NCBI GenBank assembly: GCA_965228855.1
Contig: CBDDIJ010000002.1
Coordinates: forward strand, 1,792,001-1,856,000
From: Candidatus Obscuribacterales bacterium
Lineage (GTDB): Bacteria > Cyanobacteriota > Vampirovibrionia > Obscuribacterales > Obscuribacteraceae
Length of the DNA stretch: 64,000 bases
Direction of reading: 5' to 3'
In this document: positions 1 through 10,820 of the stretch, in pieces
How positions within the stretch are numbered: position 1 is the first letter of the stretch
How the letters are laid out: each line of letters opens with the position of its first letter
Notes under the pieces: model-generated
What the model was told of the DNA's origin: nothing
Databases searched by the model: none
The model's input: only the letters and a program-made list of their open reading frames with translations
Program-made: the position numbers and the translations under genes

Positions 1-2238
1 GAGATTAAGGAATACATTCTCATTTCGAATGGCGTCTACACGCCAGAACTTCGAGCTGAAGTCTGCGGCATCATTAAACAGTCGTTGCCTCATGCGAATG
101 TCACCGCATTCGGTGGCAACGACGTTTGTGATTGGTTAGATGACCGTCCAAATATTCGTTGGTCGTTTCCCCAGCTCGTCAGCCTCCGAGATATCGAACT
201 GCTTCTCGCAGATCGGGTGCGATTTTCAGTGCATAAGTTGGTCTTGGAACGAAGTTCCATTCAACTGGAGTTGGCTCGAAGTCAAGCCGCGGCTTTTGTG
301 CCCACGAAAACATATTTTAAGGCACTTAATGTGTTGAGGAGTCATAAATTTTTAGTTCTCAGCGGGCCGCCAGAGGTTGGCAAGACTACGATTGCGCGAA
401 TGATAGGGCTGAATGCGCACTATCTCGGTTGGCAATGCTATGAGGTTCACAGCCCAGACGAAATGCTCACGATTATTGAGAGAAATTCCCGGAGTGGAGC
501 CGGTAGCGAGGAGAAGATTCCGCCTCAACTATTCATTGCTGATGATGCATTTGGTACCACTGAATACGACGAGGATTTCGCGCGAGATTGGACAAAGGAT
601 CTGGACAAGGTTATTGGAGTCCTTGATTCGAGGCACTTAATGATCTGGACATCACGCTCCGCGCCGTTAGCCCACGCACTGGAGTATCTTCGGTTGCAAG
701 GACCCGCAGAGCGCTTCCCGGATCCTGCGAAAGTCGTAGTCGATTCTAGCGACCTCGTGCTGGAAGAAAAAGCGCTCATTCTTTATAGGCACGCCAAATA
801 CGCAAACTTGGAAGACCAAGCCAGACAGATTCTGCGGACTCATGCCTATACGATTGTTAGCGACGAACATTTTACTCCCGAGCGGATCAGGCGATTTGTT
901 CACACTGACCTTGGAACCATCACTGGAACTGTTGGTATTGAAGAGCATAAGGTTGAATCTGCGATTGCTCGCCAACTGAGAGATCCAACAAAATCGATGC
1001 GTCAGTCTTTCAGAAGTCTCAGTGAGTACCGACAAAGGTTCTTGGTTTCTCTTCTAGACTGTGCTTCTCATGCGGTTGTGCCACAAGATGCTTACGACGC
1101 GTTTTTGCGAATCTTCGGAGATGTCGTAGACAAGCGCCCGCCTCTAATTGCAGAAGACCTTGATGAACAATTCATCAGATTGGTTCGAGGACCGAAACAT
1201 GGCTCCCGATCTGAACTTGTCTATGAATGGGTGCATCCAAGTTGGCGAGACTTGTTAATCGATCACTTGGTGGATCATCGATTGACTCGGCAGCGTTTTT
1301 TAGGACGCTGTTCCGTTTCTGGTATCGCACTTTCCCTTTCTTCGGCGGGTGGTGCCGCTGGTCGTCGGAGTTTTCCGCTGGTTATTGAAGATTCTGATTG
1401 GAATTGTCTGACGTCGAATGTTTCCGCTTTAGTCCCCAATTTAAAGGCTAAAGATCTTGAAAGGCTTCTGTTTATTGTCAGTGCGGCGTTTAAGCATTCT
1501 TCTCAAGGCGATGAGCAGGAGAGACGACTATTCGAGCTCGCATCAGCTTGTATTCATGCGTCGTCTCTCGCGTGGGCACAGAGGCGAGCCTATGCGACAA
1601 CAAATGCGCTTCGGTCATATTATTCGATTTGCAGATCGACGAAGATCACGTTGGATCCTGGATTAAGCGGAATCTGGACGGAAGTATTTTTTGACTTGGT
1701 TGAACTGGTCATTGAGGGTACTGATTTCGAAGTTCTAACCGATGAGCTGGGTTCGATCGCTGAATATATTCGACTGACACAGGATGAGAGTCCTCAGTTC
1801 TTCGATCGGATCGTAGCAGGTGGTAAAGCTCAAAGGGAAATCCTTGATCTGGCGTTGGACGTCTTTGAGGACGAGGCGGAATCTGAGTATGAGTCTTGGG
1901 GCCGCGACAACGATACCAGAGAGTCATGCAAAGTTCGCTTCAAGAAATCTGTAAAGGATCTTGAGACTATCGCACGACTAGCTCCTGAATTTTCTGAAAA
2001 GATTTCCAAATCCAAGAAAAGATGTGTTGCTTACATCCAGGACATCGAGGAGCAAGAAGCTGAAGAAGAGGAGGAAGAACGGAAAAACACGGACGAACAG
2101 TTTTTTGATGACGACGATAGCGAAGATGTTTTTTTTCAGCGTGGATCAAATAGGATCACAGCGGCTATACAGAAGCCGGTCGTTCAGGAACAGCTTCCTC
2201 CCCAGCGAATCGTCTCGGATTTGTTCGAGGATTTGTAG
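1..2238 (+). CDS. STAND-class P-loop NTPase (nSTAND3-like), 5'-partial; probably fused to an N-terminal nuclease; defence candidate
   Basis: Frame is open from base 1 (EIKEYILISNG...). Walker A GPPEVGKT, Walker B LFIADDAFG, acidic C-terminal tail. Confidence 0.7.
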   Translation, partial: EIKEYILISNGVYTPELRAEVCGIIKQSLPHANVTAFGGNDVCDWLDDRPNIRWSFPQLVSLRDIELLLADRVRFSVHKLVLERSSIQLELARSQAAAFVPTKTYFKALNVLRSHKFLVLSGPPEVGKTTIARMIGLNAHYLGWQCYEVHSPDEMLTIIERNSRSGAGSEEKIPPQLFIADDAFGTTEYDEDFARDWTKDLDKVIGVLDSRHLMIWTSRSAPLAHALEYLRLQGPAERFPDPAKVVVDSSDLVLEEKALILYRHAKYANLEDQARQILRTHAYTIVSDEHFTPERIRRFVHTDLGTITGTVGIEEHKVESAIARQLRDPTKSMRQSFRSLSEYRQRFLVSLLDCASHAVVPQDAYDAFLRIFGDVVDKRPPLIAEDLDEQFIRLVRGPKHGSRSELVYEWVHPSWRDLLIDHLVDHRLTRQRFLGRCSVSGIALSLSSAGGAAGRRSFPLVIEDSDWNCLTSNVSALVPNLKAKDLERLLFIVSAAFKHSSQGDEQERRLFELASACIHASSLAWAQRRAYATTNALRSYYSICRSTKITLDPGLSGIWTEVFFDLVELVIEGTDFEVLTDELGSIAEYIRLTQDESPQFFDRIVAGGKAQREILDLALDVFEDEAESEYESWGRDNDTRESCKVRFKKSVKDLETIARLAPEFSEKISKSKKRCVAYIQDIEEQEAEEEEEERKNTDEQFFDDDDSEDVFFQRGSNRITAAIQKPVVQEQLPPQRIVSDLFEDL

Positions 2239-2346
2239 ACGATTGGCGCGCATTGCATCATCAAAAATCGAACTATCTGACGTAAATTGCCTCATTTAAA
2301 ATCGAACCCTTACAACCTCCCTCGGGACTAGAAGGGTTCATCAAAA

Positions 2347-2709
2347 ATGAGTTTGAGTTCGAGAAAAGAATTGTTGGAGCGCATTCAGAGCGTATATGCA
2401 CAGAGTTCGTATAAGGAGAAGAACCAGGTGCTGACTGCGTTTGTGCAGGCGACTGGCTACCGAAGAAAATATGCAATCACTCTGCTCAATCAGACTAAGG
2501 AACTGAAGCAGCAGAAGCGCGCTGACGTCGCGACTCGAAAGAAAATTTACGGCGAGGAAGTTCTCCAGGCGATTTTAACGGTTTGGCGTGCGGCCAACGA
2601 AACCTGTCCTAAACGGCTCATCCCATTTTTGCCGAAGTCTGTCGAGTCGCTGGAAAAGCACGGACATCTATCACTGACCGCAATTTCTCTTGACGCCAAT
2701 CATGTTTAG
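2347..2709 (+). pseudogene. Truncated transposase (N-terminal part of an integrase-core/ISNCY-like transposase)
   Basis: RKELL..I..Y...S.KEK..VL..F...TGY.RKYAI.LL and IYGEEV..A...VW..A...C.KRL.P motifs; ends at 120 aa with no DDE domain. Confidence 0.7.
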
Positions 2710-2838
2710 CTTGGCGATAAAACTGTTCAATACAACAGTGCTTAGAAACGCTGGTCCTATCACAATACGAGGGTGAGTCCGGAACTTTAATGCGTAGAGT
2801 TCGGTATAATTTAGTTGCTGCCTGTGAGGTCACGCTCG

Positions 2839-4212
2839 ATGTCAGACAAACCGCTCAAAAGTCGCGGCGAAAGAGTGGATAAAGAATCGAAGCTAGAACA
2901 GCCGGCAGATGTCGCGCAGGCGAGAACTTCTGACGGTGTGACGTTACAGTCTCTGCGTGATAAAAACGAGAACGTTTGGCGAAGCGAAGGCGGGCTATTT
3001 GCCATCGTTGATAGCGAGAAAACTATTGCGAAGCAAAAGGCTAGTCCGTCAGATGTTCAATCGGTGAGTCCATCAACCGCAAATGAATGGAAAGCATTTT
3101 CAACTCTCAGTATTGAACAACGAGAAAAAATCATCCAGGCGTTCGCGGACGGATCGAAGGTCGGACAGAGCGAATATACAGAACAGATTCAAGCGGTTTC
3201 TGAATCTATACCTAAAGGTTTCTACAACGTCGGAAAGTCGGTTTTAGACAGTTTCTTCGCGGTTGGACAATTCGTCTACGACGTTTATTTTAACAAGCCT
3301 GCAGCCGAAAAAACTGGCGCACAGGTCGGGGAGTCAATCGGCAAAGCGATTATTGGCGGTCTAAAGCTCGGTGAGTTTTTAAGAGAGTACGCGGTCAGCG
3401 TTCAACAAACTGGTGATTACAACAAACCAGTTTCTGATTTTGTCACCGTTGTTGATGGAATGAACCGATGCTGGAATCGCATGCCGCTGGCGACGCGCAC
3501 GGAGAGAGTTAGTGAACTCCTTGCCGGTTTATCTCTCGCTGGTGTTGGCGCCGAGCGACTCACAAAGTCTGGCAGCATTCTTCAATTTTTTGACGAGCTT
3601 ACGGATCTGTCGACGGTCGCGAAGACTGGCAAAGTTGATTCGGCGCAAAAGATCAAAAACTTCTTTTCGAAACTCGCTGATGAAAGTCGGCACGAAATTA
3701 AACATCCGATTCAGACTAATGAACTCTCTCCCGATGAGCTTCTGCTTGCGTTGGCTGGTAGCAAGGGCAAACCGCCGTGGAATGTTTTTAAGCTGCGCAA
3801 ATCTGCTGATGTTGTGCAACAGGTGCACGATCAATCCTGCGTTTCTGCGGTCGGGGAAATGCTCTCCGGTGGAAAAATTAAACAGTCGAGTCTGATTGAA
3901 AAATTGGGAACTGAGAAAGTGGATGCGCGTAGGCTTGCGCCCGAGCTTGGAGGCGAGTGGGAAGGTCATTACGTCGGCGTGCTTTCCGATGCGCAAGTTC
4001 GAGATATTTGCAAATTCGGACCGTTTGGTGCGACATTGAAGGCCTTTGGAGCTGATGCGCATATGGTTGTAGTTGATGGTTTGTCCAAACAGGGACGCTT
4101 GCTTATTCGCGATCCGGCTCACGGACACCGATATGAAATGACTGTTGACGATTTTTCGGAACTTTGCCAGGCCGTCGTAAGCCGAGCGAAACTAACAGGG
4201 AGAAAGGCATGA
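2839..4212 (+). CDS. Putative polymorphic toxin with C-terminal papain-fold (C39-like) cysteine peptidase
   Basis: QQVHDQSC (Cys), AHMVVVDG (His), LLIRDP (Asp) in the last ~130 aa; ATGA overlap with the next gene; TATAAT at 2805-2810. Confidence 0.65.
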   Translation: MSDKPLKSRGERVDKESKLEQPADVAQARTSDGVTLQSLRDKNENVWRSEGGLFAIVDSEKTIAKQKASPSDVQSVSPSTANEWKAFSTLSIEQREKIIQAFADGSKVGQSEYTEQIQAVSESIPKGFYNVGKSVLDSFFAVGQFVYDVYFNKPAAEKTGAQVGESIGKAIIGGLKLGEFLREYAVSVQQTGDYNKPVSDFVTVVDGMNRCWNRMPLATRTERVSELLAGLSLAGVGAERLTKSGSILQFFDELTDLSTVAKTGKVDSAQKIKNFFSKLADESRHEIKHPIQTNELSPDELLLALAGSKGKPPWNVFKLRKSADVVQQVHDQSCVSAVGEMLSGGKIKQSSLIEKLGTEKVDARRLAPELGGEWEGHYVGVLSDAQVRDICKFGPFGATLKAFGADAHMVVVDGLSKQGRLLIRDPAHGHRYEMTVDDFSELCQAVVSRAKLTGRKA

Positions 4213-4703
4213 AGCCAGTTGCTTTATTCGTATCCGGCGATGACGAGTACACGATGCAGTTCGAAGAAAACGGCGAACGCTCGTTCTGTGCGTTGAGTTT
4301 AAAAGACGAGTCGTTTCAGTTTGAGCAGAACTGCACTTCTACAGAGGCCGAGAAGGAATTGGTGTTGGCGTGCGTCGAAGCGTTTCACGAGTCGCGTCGC
4401 ACGCTTTTTGAAAACTCGGAACCGATGGTTTCGGTAGTTAGCGGCAATCCAGTAGTGAGTACCAAAAAGAGTTTGAGTCCGAAGCGGTTTGAGGTAGGAA
4501 AGGAACTTAGCGAGTTTCGTGCGGACATCGATTGTGAGGGGCGTCCAACAAGTTACGATTTTAAAGTGGTCGATAACGGCGTCTACATTGGTATCGATGG
4601 CGATGAGAATTTTTGGCGAGACATTGGGGGTGAGCTGAATACGGCGAAGCCGCTGTTCAAGGCACTTACCGCGTTCTATAAATTGCGATGTGGGCAGTTA
4701 TAG
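4209..4703 (+). CDS. Putative immunity protein (internally duplicated small domain)
   Basis: ATGA-coupled to the peptidase gene; halves end in ACVEAFHESR and KALTAFYKLR; paralog at 19240. Confidence 0.55.
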   Translation: MKPVALFVSGDDEYTMQFEENGERSFCALSLKDESFQFEQNCTSTEAEKELVLACVEAFHESRRTLFENSEPMVSVVSGNPVVSTKKSLSPKRFEVGKELSEFRADIDCEGRPTSYDFKVVDNGVYIGIDGDENFWRDIGGELNTAKPLFKALTAFYKLRCGQL

Positions 4704-4807
4704 GTTCGATATGTCTTAAAAGGACGAACTGTTCGACAAGATGTGCAGCTGTTCTGAGGTCGAATACCGTGAACCGGAGTCGTAAAACGACCATCCACTG
4801 AGCTCGA

Positions 4808-7800
4808 TCAATTCGACTCCGCCCGCACGTTGCTGCCGGTGGTGATGACGATGTCACCGGCGCCTTGATCGTTGAAGTAAACGCTTCGTTTTATTGCAGT
4901 AATCGAAGCGGGACCGACGGGCACCACGCCGCCGGGACCGAATCTAACTTTGCCGCCGCGTTCTTCATTGACTGTAAGGAACGTCGTCGGTGCATTATTT
5001 GCGTTCGTCTTTTGGAGCTTGCCGATTGCGATAATTATGTCTTTGCTTTTGCCGGAAGTTTCGACTTGGTCGCCAAGGATAATATCGCCATTTGTGGTGT
5101 CAGTGTTTAAAAGCGAAACTCCACCATTCTGCGCCTTGAGCGGACCCGAGACAGTCAGTGTTCCGCCATTGGCGGTCAATGTTATCGAACCCCTTTCCGT
5201 GGTCGCTCCGTTGACGTTGAGTCCTTGAGCGGCGCTCAAGGTCAAACTTTTTGCGACTGCAGTGTTCTGCAATTCTATTTCACCGTTATAAACGCTGGTC
5301 ACTTTGGCCGCACCGCCAGTAGTGCTTAGTTCGAGAATTGGCGCGTTTACGAAGAAATCTTTTCGGCCGATGTCGCGCGATTCGGTTTTGAGCGTAATGG
5401 AGTTCGATGCGCTCAGCACCGCATTCTTAGGGATCTCTATAGAATTTTTTCCGTAAGTTCGGAGTGCCAGGTCGCCAACGATCAATGAGGATGGGTCGGC
5501 AATTTCGATGGCACCCAGGGTGTTCTCTACAAATACCTTGCCCACCGTTAAGGTTCCAACAACTGCGTTGGTTGGAGTTCTGCTATTACCGACAGTCGCC
5601 AGTGAAGTGATCGTGAATGGAGTTTTACTTTCAGTGTGAATATTCAAGGCGCCGGCAGCCAAATCCTCATAAATTAGAACCTCCCCTGGTCTGCCACCGC
5701 TGGAGTTGGCCGTCAGGTTTATTGTGTCAGTCAGACCGACCCTCAGCCCGCCCGCGTCGACTACCAAACTTCCGACCGCCGACAGGTTCACAACGCCGCC
5801 ATCGGAGCTCGATAGTGGCATGAACGTTTTTGCCTCGATGTAGAGGTCAGCGCCGCCGCTGTTGCTAACGAATAAATTTCCCGGTGAAGAGAAATTGATC
5901 GTTCCTGCGCGTCTAAGTCCATTCGCAATCAGCTGCAAAGGTCCGAAGGACGTGGATATTAATGGAGCGTTTATCGTGATTGACCCGCCGAGATCGGACA
6001 CTTCATACGCGTATAACGAATTTCCCGTCAGCGATATCGAGCCTTCCGTTTGAATATTCAAAAGATGGGGCTGAATCCCTCCGATCGTGATTGGAGCGGT
6101 CTTGTTCCGGATGTCTACCGAAAAAGCATCAAGGTGGAAAATGCTGATCGGTCCGTTCGTCAGCTCTCCCCCTCGAAAACTTATGAAGCCGGGACCTGTT
6201 GATTCTCCGTTCCTGTAATAAACCAAACCAAGAGTATTCGCAACACCGGCCCGAATAGAGGCATCACCGCCAAGTGGCAATTCCCAAGAACTGGCTGTGA
6301 CGTAGCTGGTGAGATTTATTCCTTCGGGAGCGGTGATCGAAATGGTGCCTCCTTGCCCCGATATCGCATTCGAATCAATGTTACCAGTCAAGATGATAGT
6401 TCCAGTGGCAGCAATTGAAACATCACCCGCGTTGCCACCAGCAGCGGTGCTGCTGGTGTTGTAGAAACCAGAACCATAAATATTTCCAACGCGAGAAGAA
6501 AGGCTGACGTTAAACAGTTGAGACGTTTGAATTTGGCCGGAGCCCGCGCCGGAGAGGTCGTATCCAGCAAGTATTGTCAGGCTGCCGCCATCGCCTGTCG
6601 AACTCGAAAGGTCAATGTGATAATAGCTAAGGTCGACATTGTCGCGCGCTGCAATCACCAGGTCTCGTCCACTGAAGACTAGGTTGTTCTTCAGGACAAC
6701 ATCGCCATCAGGATTGATAATCGCGGTTCCGGCGAAAGCCAAGTTGTTGCCCGTGATGTTTCCGTTGCCTTGCTGAATCCAGGTTCCGGCGCCTATAGTC
6801 ACGTTGTTGGCACCGACGAAAAGCGATCCGTTTGCAGAAATAAGCTCAGCTGTCGAATCCAATTCAACGTCTCCGGACAGATTCATCGTGCCTTCCAAAA
6901 TCAAATCGCCGCCGGTGAATGCGGCCAATCTGATTGCAGGAGGCGAACTTGGTGAACCGGGTGGTCCCGGCAGAGGCGATGTCGCAGTGAGACTTCCGCC
7001 GATGCCACCATCGACCCAGAGTTCATCGCGTGGCGAACTAATATTGATTGATGCCGCCGTCAAATTGTTTCCGTTAGCTGAAAATCTGCGAGTGGCTATG
7101 TTCACGGTGCCGGTTGTGTTGATGCCGCCTAGATATGAAACACCTTCCAGCACGGAACCATCAAGAGAAAGTCTCAAACTCTGTGTTGGGCCGATTGACC
7201 CGAGTTTGAGTGGTGACAAACCGTTGTTGAAGATGATGGTGCCCTCTCCCTGGCCTATTAGAGTGCCGACGCCGTTTCCAACCGACAAATCGGCATCACG
7301 TGGATTTGAGCCCACCAGGTTAATCGTCAATGTGCCATCAGCTGGTGTGAACATTCGTCCAAGCGTTTGCGAAATTCCGTTTGGTGCGGACAGCGTGATA
7401 TCTTGTGCCATCAGATTAGAACCAAGCGCAATTGAGTTTTCCGCGGCAATCGTGATTGAACCTTGTGCGGTCGTTGTCTCGTATAGGTTCGAGAAGTTGA
7501 CAGCGTTTATTTGAATGTTCGCCGCGGACTTCAACGCACCTTGAAGCACAACGTCACCAATGACGGTGCCGGTGTCCAACCCGCCACTTAAAACTGCGCC
7601 TGTGGTGCTATCGATTGCGAACGGTCCGACGACCTGCGGCTGGCTGGCGTGGATTATTATCGAGCCGGTTCCGGTCGTTGTACCAACCGTCGTATCAACC
7701 CGGCCCAGTTGCATGCCACCACCGGCGATGAACGTTATAGTTCCGTTGGGTTGACCGTCACCTACGGCAATGATCGAAGAATTGAATGGCAGATTGATCT

Positions 7801-9460
7801 GCCCGGTGTTTGGAGCGGATGCGAATGCAGCCAAGGTTACGTTTCCGGCAGGCCCATTTCCAGATGCTAGAATGACTGGTGCCGCCCCTGTCGCACCGAT
7901 GTTGCCACCTGAGGCTGATGCACCGGTGACCTCGATGTTACCGGAGTTGACTGTGAATGCAGCTCCGGCAATCAACATTATGTTTCCAGCGCCGGTGACA
8001 TTGCTGTTTGTGATTAGGACCGCATTATCCAGAATTATGTCTTGCCCTGACACCACTGTTAGTGGCGCACCGCCTGTAACTTGTTCGCCGCCGAGAATCA
8101 CGGTGTTGGTGTTTGAGATCAGTGGGTCGCCCGATGTTTGTAGCGCCTGGATGTTTAACACATCTGTTTGAGCGTTGATGATCGCAGTGCCTGCGCGAGC
8201 CCGCACTTCACCAGTCAATTTGTTTACGTTGACGCTTAAATCGCCGTCGCCAGCATTCAGCTGCACCTGTGACGACAACCAGTCGCCGCCTTTTACTGTC
8301 GTGCTAAACTTCTCGCTGTAGTCTTCGGCGCGAACTCGAATGGAACCCTGAAGCGCACTGATTGTTCCACCCGAATTATCGATCGCAATGTTTGACGGCA
8401 GCGAACAGTCAAAATTTATGTTGCCCGAAACCGCATCCAGTGCACCGCTGTTCGTAACCGATGGCGCGTCGATATTCAGGCTTTGACCTCTGACGGTGCC
8501 GAGATTCTGGAGATTCGTCCCGGCGCTTATCGACAGATTTCCGGAACTGCTGATCAATCCCTCATTGCGAAAATTTCGTTCTGCTCGCAAATGGAGGTCC
8601 ATTGGTCTTGAGGAGGCGCTGGTTTCGATTGATGCGCCGGCACCATTGGTGATATCACGCGCAAAGATGTCGACGCGGTTGTTTCCAGAGTGGTTGCTCT
8701 CAGCAATTATGTTTCCAAGATTCGTAAGGTCTCCGGTAAGCCGGAAATCCGATTGCCGACTAAAGTCGCCGGAAGCTAGAACGCTTGTCGGTACGACTAA
8801 CGACTTTGCATGAATATCGCGACCGCCATCATCGATGGAGCTGAGCGCGAAGGAACCTCCTATTGCTCTACCGGATGAATCGAGGTCTAAGGATTGCGAG
8901 CCGTTGTCAATCACTTGCTGCAGGGCAATGTACTCGGCAGCGGAAACCGTAGAGCCGCTCGATAATTCTCTTTGCTCACCGCCGACATAAATTTTGTAGG
9001 ATGACTTGTCAGAGAACAAGGTGTCGCCAAGTGTGATGCCGCGCTCGTTTGACGTCAGGTCAAGCTCCAAGCCGCGAGTGATTGACCGTGCCGTTCCATT
9101 GGCGGCGACAAAAGTGGATTGAGTTTCGGCTAGGCGGTTGAAAGAAGACTCTTGGAGCCGATTGAGTCGAGGAATGTTGTTGATAAGATGCTGCGCCGCG
9201 GCTCGGTGAGCCGCCGGATTCTGCATCGGCGGAGTTTGCCGGGCTGTAGATTCTGGCCTAGCTAAACGGAATAGCTGTCGAAGTTCCCGCCTGGAAAGGT
9301 CAGGGTTCGCCGCTTGCATGCTGCGCATCGAGTTTTGCGGACCTCGATGCGAATGTTGGTCCGGACTCGCAAACGAAGGCGCCGCTAGGAGTAATGAACC
9401 GGCGCAGGCTATGACATGACTTGCGGTGGTGCGCCTGATTTTGATGAAATTGGCTCGCAT
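4808..9460 (-). CDS. Large secreted filamentous-haemagglutinin-like beta-helix protein (1550 aa)
   Basis: Signal-peptide-like N-terminus (LLLAAPSFA); G/N/S/T-rich repeats such as GGSLTILAG and AGDVSIAA. Confidence 0.75.
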   Translation of the reverse strand: MRANFIKIRRTTASHVIACAGSLLLAAPSFASPDQHSHRGPQNSMRSMQAANPDLSRRELRQLFRLARPESTARQTPPMQNPAAHRAAAQHLINNIPRLNRLQESSFNRLAETQSTFVAANGTARSITRGLELDLTSNERGITLGDTLFSDKSSYKIYVGGEQRELSSGSTVSAAEYIALQQVIDNGSQSLDLDSSGRAIGGSFALSSIDDGGRDIHAKSLVVPTSVLASGDFSRQSDFRLTGDLTNLGNIIAESNHSGNNRVDIFARDITNGAGASIETSASSRPMDLHLRAERNFRNEGLISSSGNLSISAGTNLQNLGTVRGQSLNIDAPSVTNSGALDAVSGNINFDCSLPSNIAIDNSGGTISALQGSIRVRAEDYSEKFSTTVKGGDWLSSQVQLNAGDGDLSVNVNKLTGEVRARAGTAIINAQTDVLNIQALQTSGDPLISNTNTVILGGEQVTGGAPLTVVSGQDIILDNAVLITNSNVTGAGNIMLIAGAAFTVNSGNIEVTGASASGGNIGATGAAPVILASGNGPAGNVTLAAFASAPNTGQINLPFNSSIIAVGDGQPNGTITFIAGGGMQLGRVDTTVGTTTGTGSIIIHASQPQVVGPFAIDSTTGAVLSGGLDTGTVIGDVVLQGALKSAANIQINAVNFSNLYETTTAQGSITIAAENSIALGSNLMAQDITLSAPNGISQTLGRMFTPADGTLTINLVGSNPRDADLSVGNGVGTLIGQGEGTIIFNNGLSPLKLGSIGPTQSLRLSLDGSVLEGVSYLGGINTTGTVNIATRRFSANGNNLTAASINISSPRDELWVDGGIGGSLTATSPLPGPPGSPSSPPAIRLAAFTGGDLILEGTMNLSGDVELDSTAELISANGSLFVGANNVTIGAGTWIQQGNGNITGNNLAFAGTAIINPDGDVVLKNNLVFSGRDLVIAARDNVDLSYYHIDLSSSTGDGGSLTILAGYDLSGAGSGQIQTSQLFNVSLSSRVGNIYGSGFYNTSSTAAGGNAGDVSIAATGTIILTGNIDSNAISGQGGTISITAPEGINLTSYVTASSWELPLGGDASIRAGVANTLGLVYYRNGESTGPGFISFRGGELTNGPISIFHLDAFSVDIRNKTAPITIGGIQPHLLNIQTEGSISLTGNSLYAYEVSDLGGSITINAPLISTSFGPLQLIANGLRRAGTINFSSPGNLFVSNSGGADLYIEAKTFMPLSSSDGGVVNLSAVGSLVVDAGGLRVGLTDTINLTANSSGGRPGEVLIYEDLAAGALNIHTESKTPFTITSLATVGNSRTPTNAVVGTLTVGKVFVENTLGAIEIADPSSLIVGDLALRTYGKNSIEIPKNAVLSASNSITLKTESRDIGRKDFFVNAPILELSTTGGAAKVTSVYNGEIELQNTAVAKSLTLSAAQGLNVNGATTERGSITLTANGGTLTVSGPLKAQNGGVSLLNTDTTNGDIILGDQVETSGKSKDIIIAIGKLQKTNANNAPTTFLTVNEERGGKVRFGPGGVVPVGPASITAIKRSVYFNDQGAGDIVITTGSNVRAESN

Positions 9461-9610
9461 TGCTCTTTCAACTATTACTGAAGAAGCGATAGAGTTTACA
9501 AGAAGTAGGCGTGAATGTCTATCTTTGAGCCTTTCTGTCGCATCGCATCCGTATCAGGATAACCGCATCGTGCAAGACTTTCGCGCACTATTCGCCGATA
9601 GCAGATTGGC

Positions 9611-9979
9611 TTAAGCGCTGGACTTGTCCTGCTTCTCCTCAACCCACTCACCGTTTATAAACCGCATTACGATCTGATTGGCATCACCTGGTTTCTTCAG
9701 TCCGTGTTTATTGCACAGTTCCTAGTAGTCCGCATCACCCGGCATTATGTGTGCCCATCCATCAGATACGGCATAATCTTTCTGTGTCCAGTAGTGCACC
9801 ACAAGCATGCTCTCATCATTGAGATATGCTGTTTCTCGGCTTGTCCCTTCGAGTTTGCCTGACGCAGCCGTATTCTCTTCGAACTCCTCATCAGGCACGA
9901 ATGGCCCTCGCAAAAAATTTTCAAGGATTTTTTCTCCAGCGGTTTTTGGCTCATCATCAGTTGAATTAGACATGGACAT
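9611..9979 (-). pseudogene. Orphan immunity-like gene interrupted by an in-frame TAG (9722-9724); paralog of 14031-14402
   Basis: PGDADY*ELCNKHGLKKPG...RFINGEW aligns with PGDSDYDKFLRHHGSLTPG...RIVDGNW. Confidence 0.65.
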
Positions 9980-10263
9980 TCTCCTTCATGAATTTCCTTA
10001 GAGGTCTAATCTGGTCCAGCGACCTCGCATAGCTTCGATTGTGGCGATGGGGGAACGATTAGGAATTCTGAAATTAGTGAGTCTTGCTTCTGAGTTAATC
10101 TCTAGAACGTACTTAGAAAAGACATTCGTTCAATTGTTTCCGAAGTGGGAATGAGAAGCAATCATTGCGTAATAGTTATGGCAGATTTGTGCGCATCAAC
10201 CGTTCGTCGCGGATGGGAACAACCGGGTTGCCAGATACTAATGCTTGGCGTTATTGTTCAGAT

Positions 10264-10680
10264 ATGAAAAGGGTCATCGTTTCGCTACTTCTACTTTTTC
10301 TAGGTACCAGTGCCTTCTGCACGGTCCATGCTCAGGGTCTGATAGGCGCCCCGAACTGCCCCCGCAGGGCGTCTCAGCCGGTGCCATGGATACAAGGCAA
10401 GTCGGACTCAGAGCGGTGGTCCAACTTTCAGGCGGTTCAGACGTCACTTATAGGGATGACTTACGAGCAAGTCAATAAGGCGCTCGGAGAGGGAAAACCC
10501 TTTCTAAAGTCGGACCAATTTACGCTAGAGGCACAGACCGCGCAGGAACGCAGTTGTCTACTGTATCAAATTGCGGAAACCAAAATTCCTGGGAAGTCTG
10601 GAAACAAGGCTCCGGTAGAGCTGACAATTGTATTCAAAGATAACGTTGTGCAGTCCTTCATAGTTGAAGCAGATTATTAA
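10264..10680 (+). CDS. Small secreted protein, paralog 1 of 3 (BamE/BLIP-like fold suspected)
   Basis: Signal peptide ending VHA-QGL; motif GKSD.ERW...Q..LIGM...V...LG. Confidence 0.7.
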   Translation: MKRVIVSLLLLFLGTSAFCTVHAQGLIGAPNCPRRASQPVPWIQGKSDSERWSNFQAVQTSLIGMTYEQVNKALGEGKPFLKSDQFTLEAQTAQERSCLLYQIAETKIPGKSGNKAPVELTIVFKDNVVQSFIVEADY

Positions 10681-10820
10681 TCCTTGATGCAACGCATCTT
10701 AATCGGTCTTGAACGGTTCTTGATTGTCGATTTTAAGTCCGCTGCACCCGCATGCTCAAAAAATTAATAGAGGCTCTGTCAAGAATGAGCTCGCCGGTAT
10801 CGAGATCCTATCAATAAAAT

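Noticed and set aside
4865..8813. Many plus-strand ORFs within the 1550-aa gene (likewise 14614-16962)
   Set aside because: Antisense shadows of repetitive beta-helix coding sequence.
9722..9724. Stop-codon reassignment
   Set aside because: TAG terminates conserved genes here (e.g. hsdR, hsdS, ssb); this is a single instance only.
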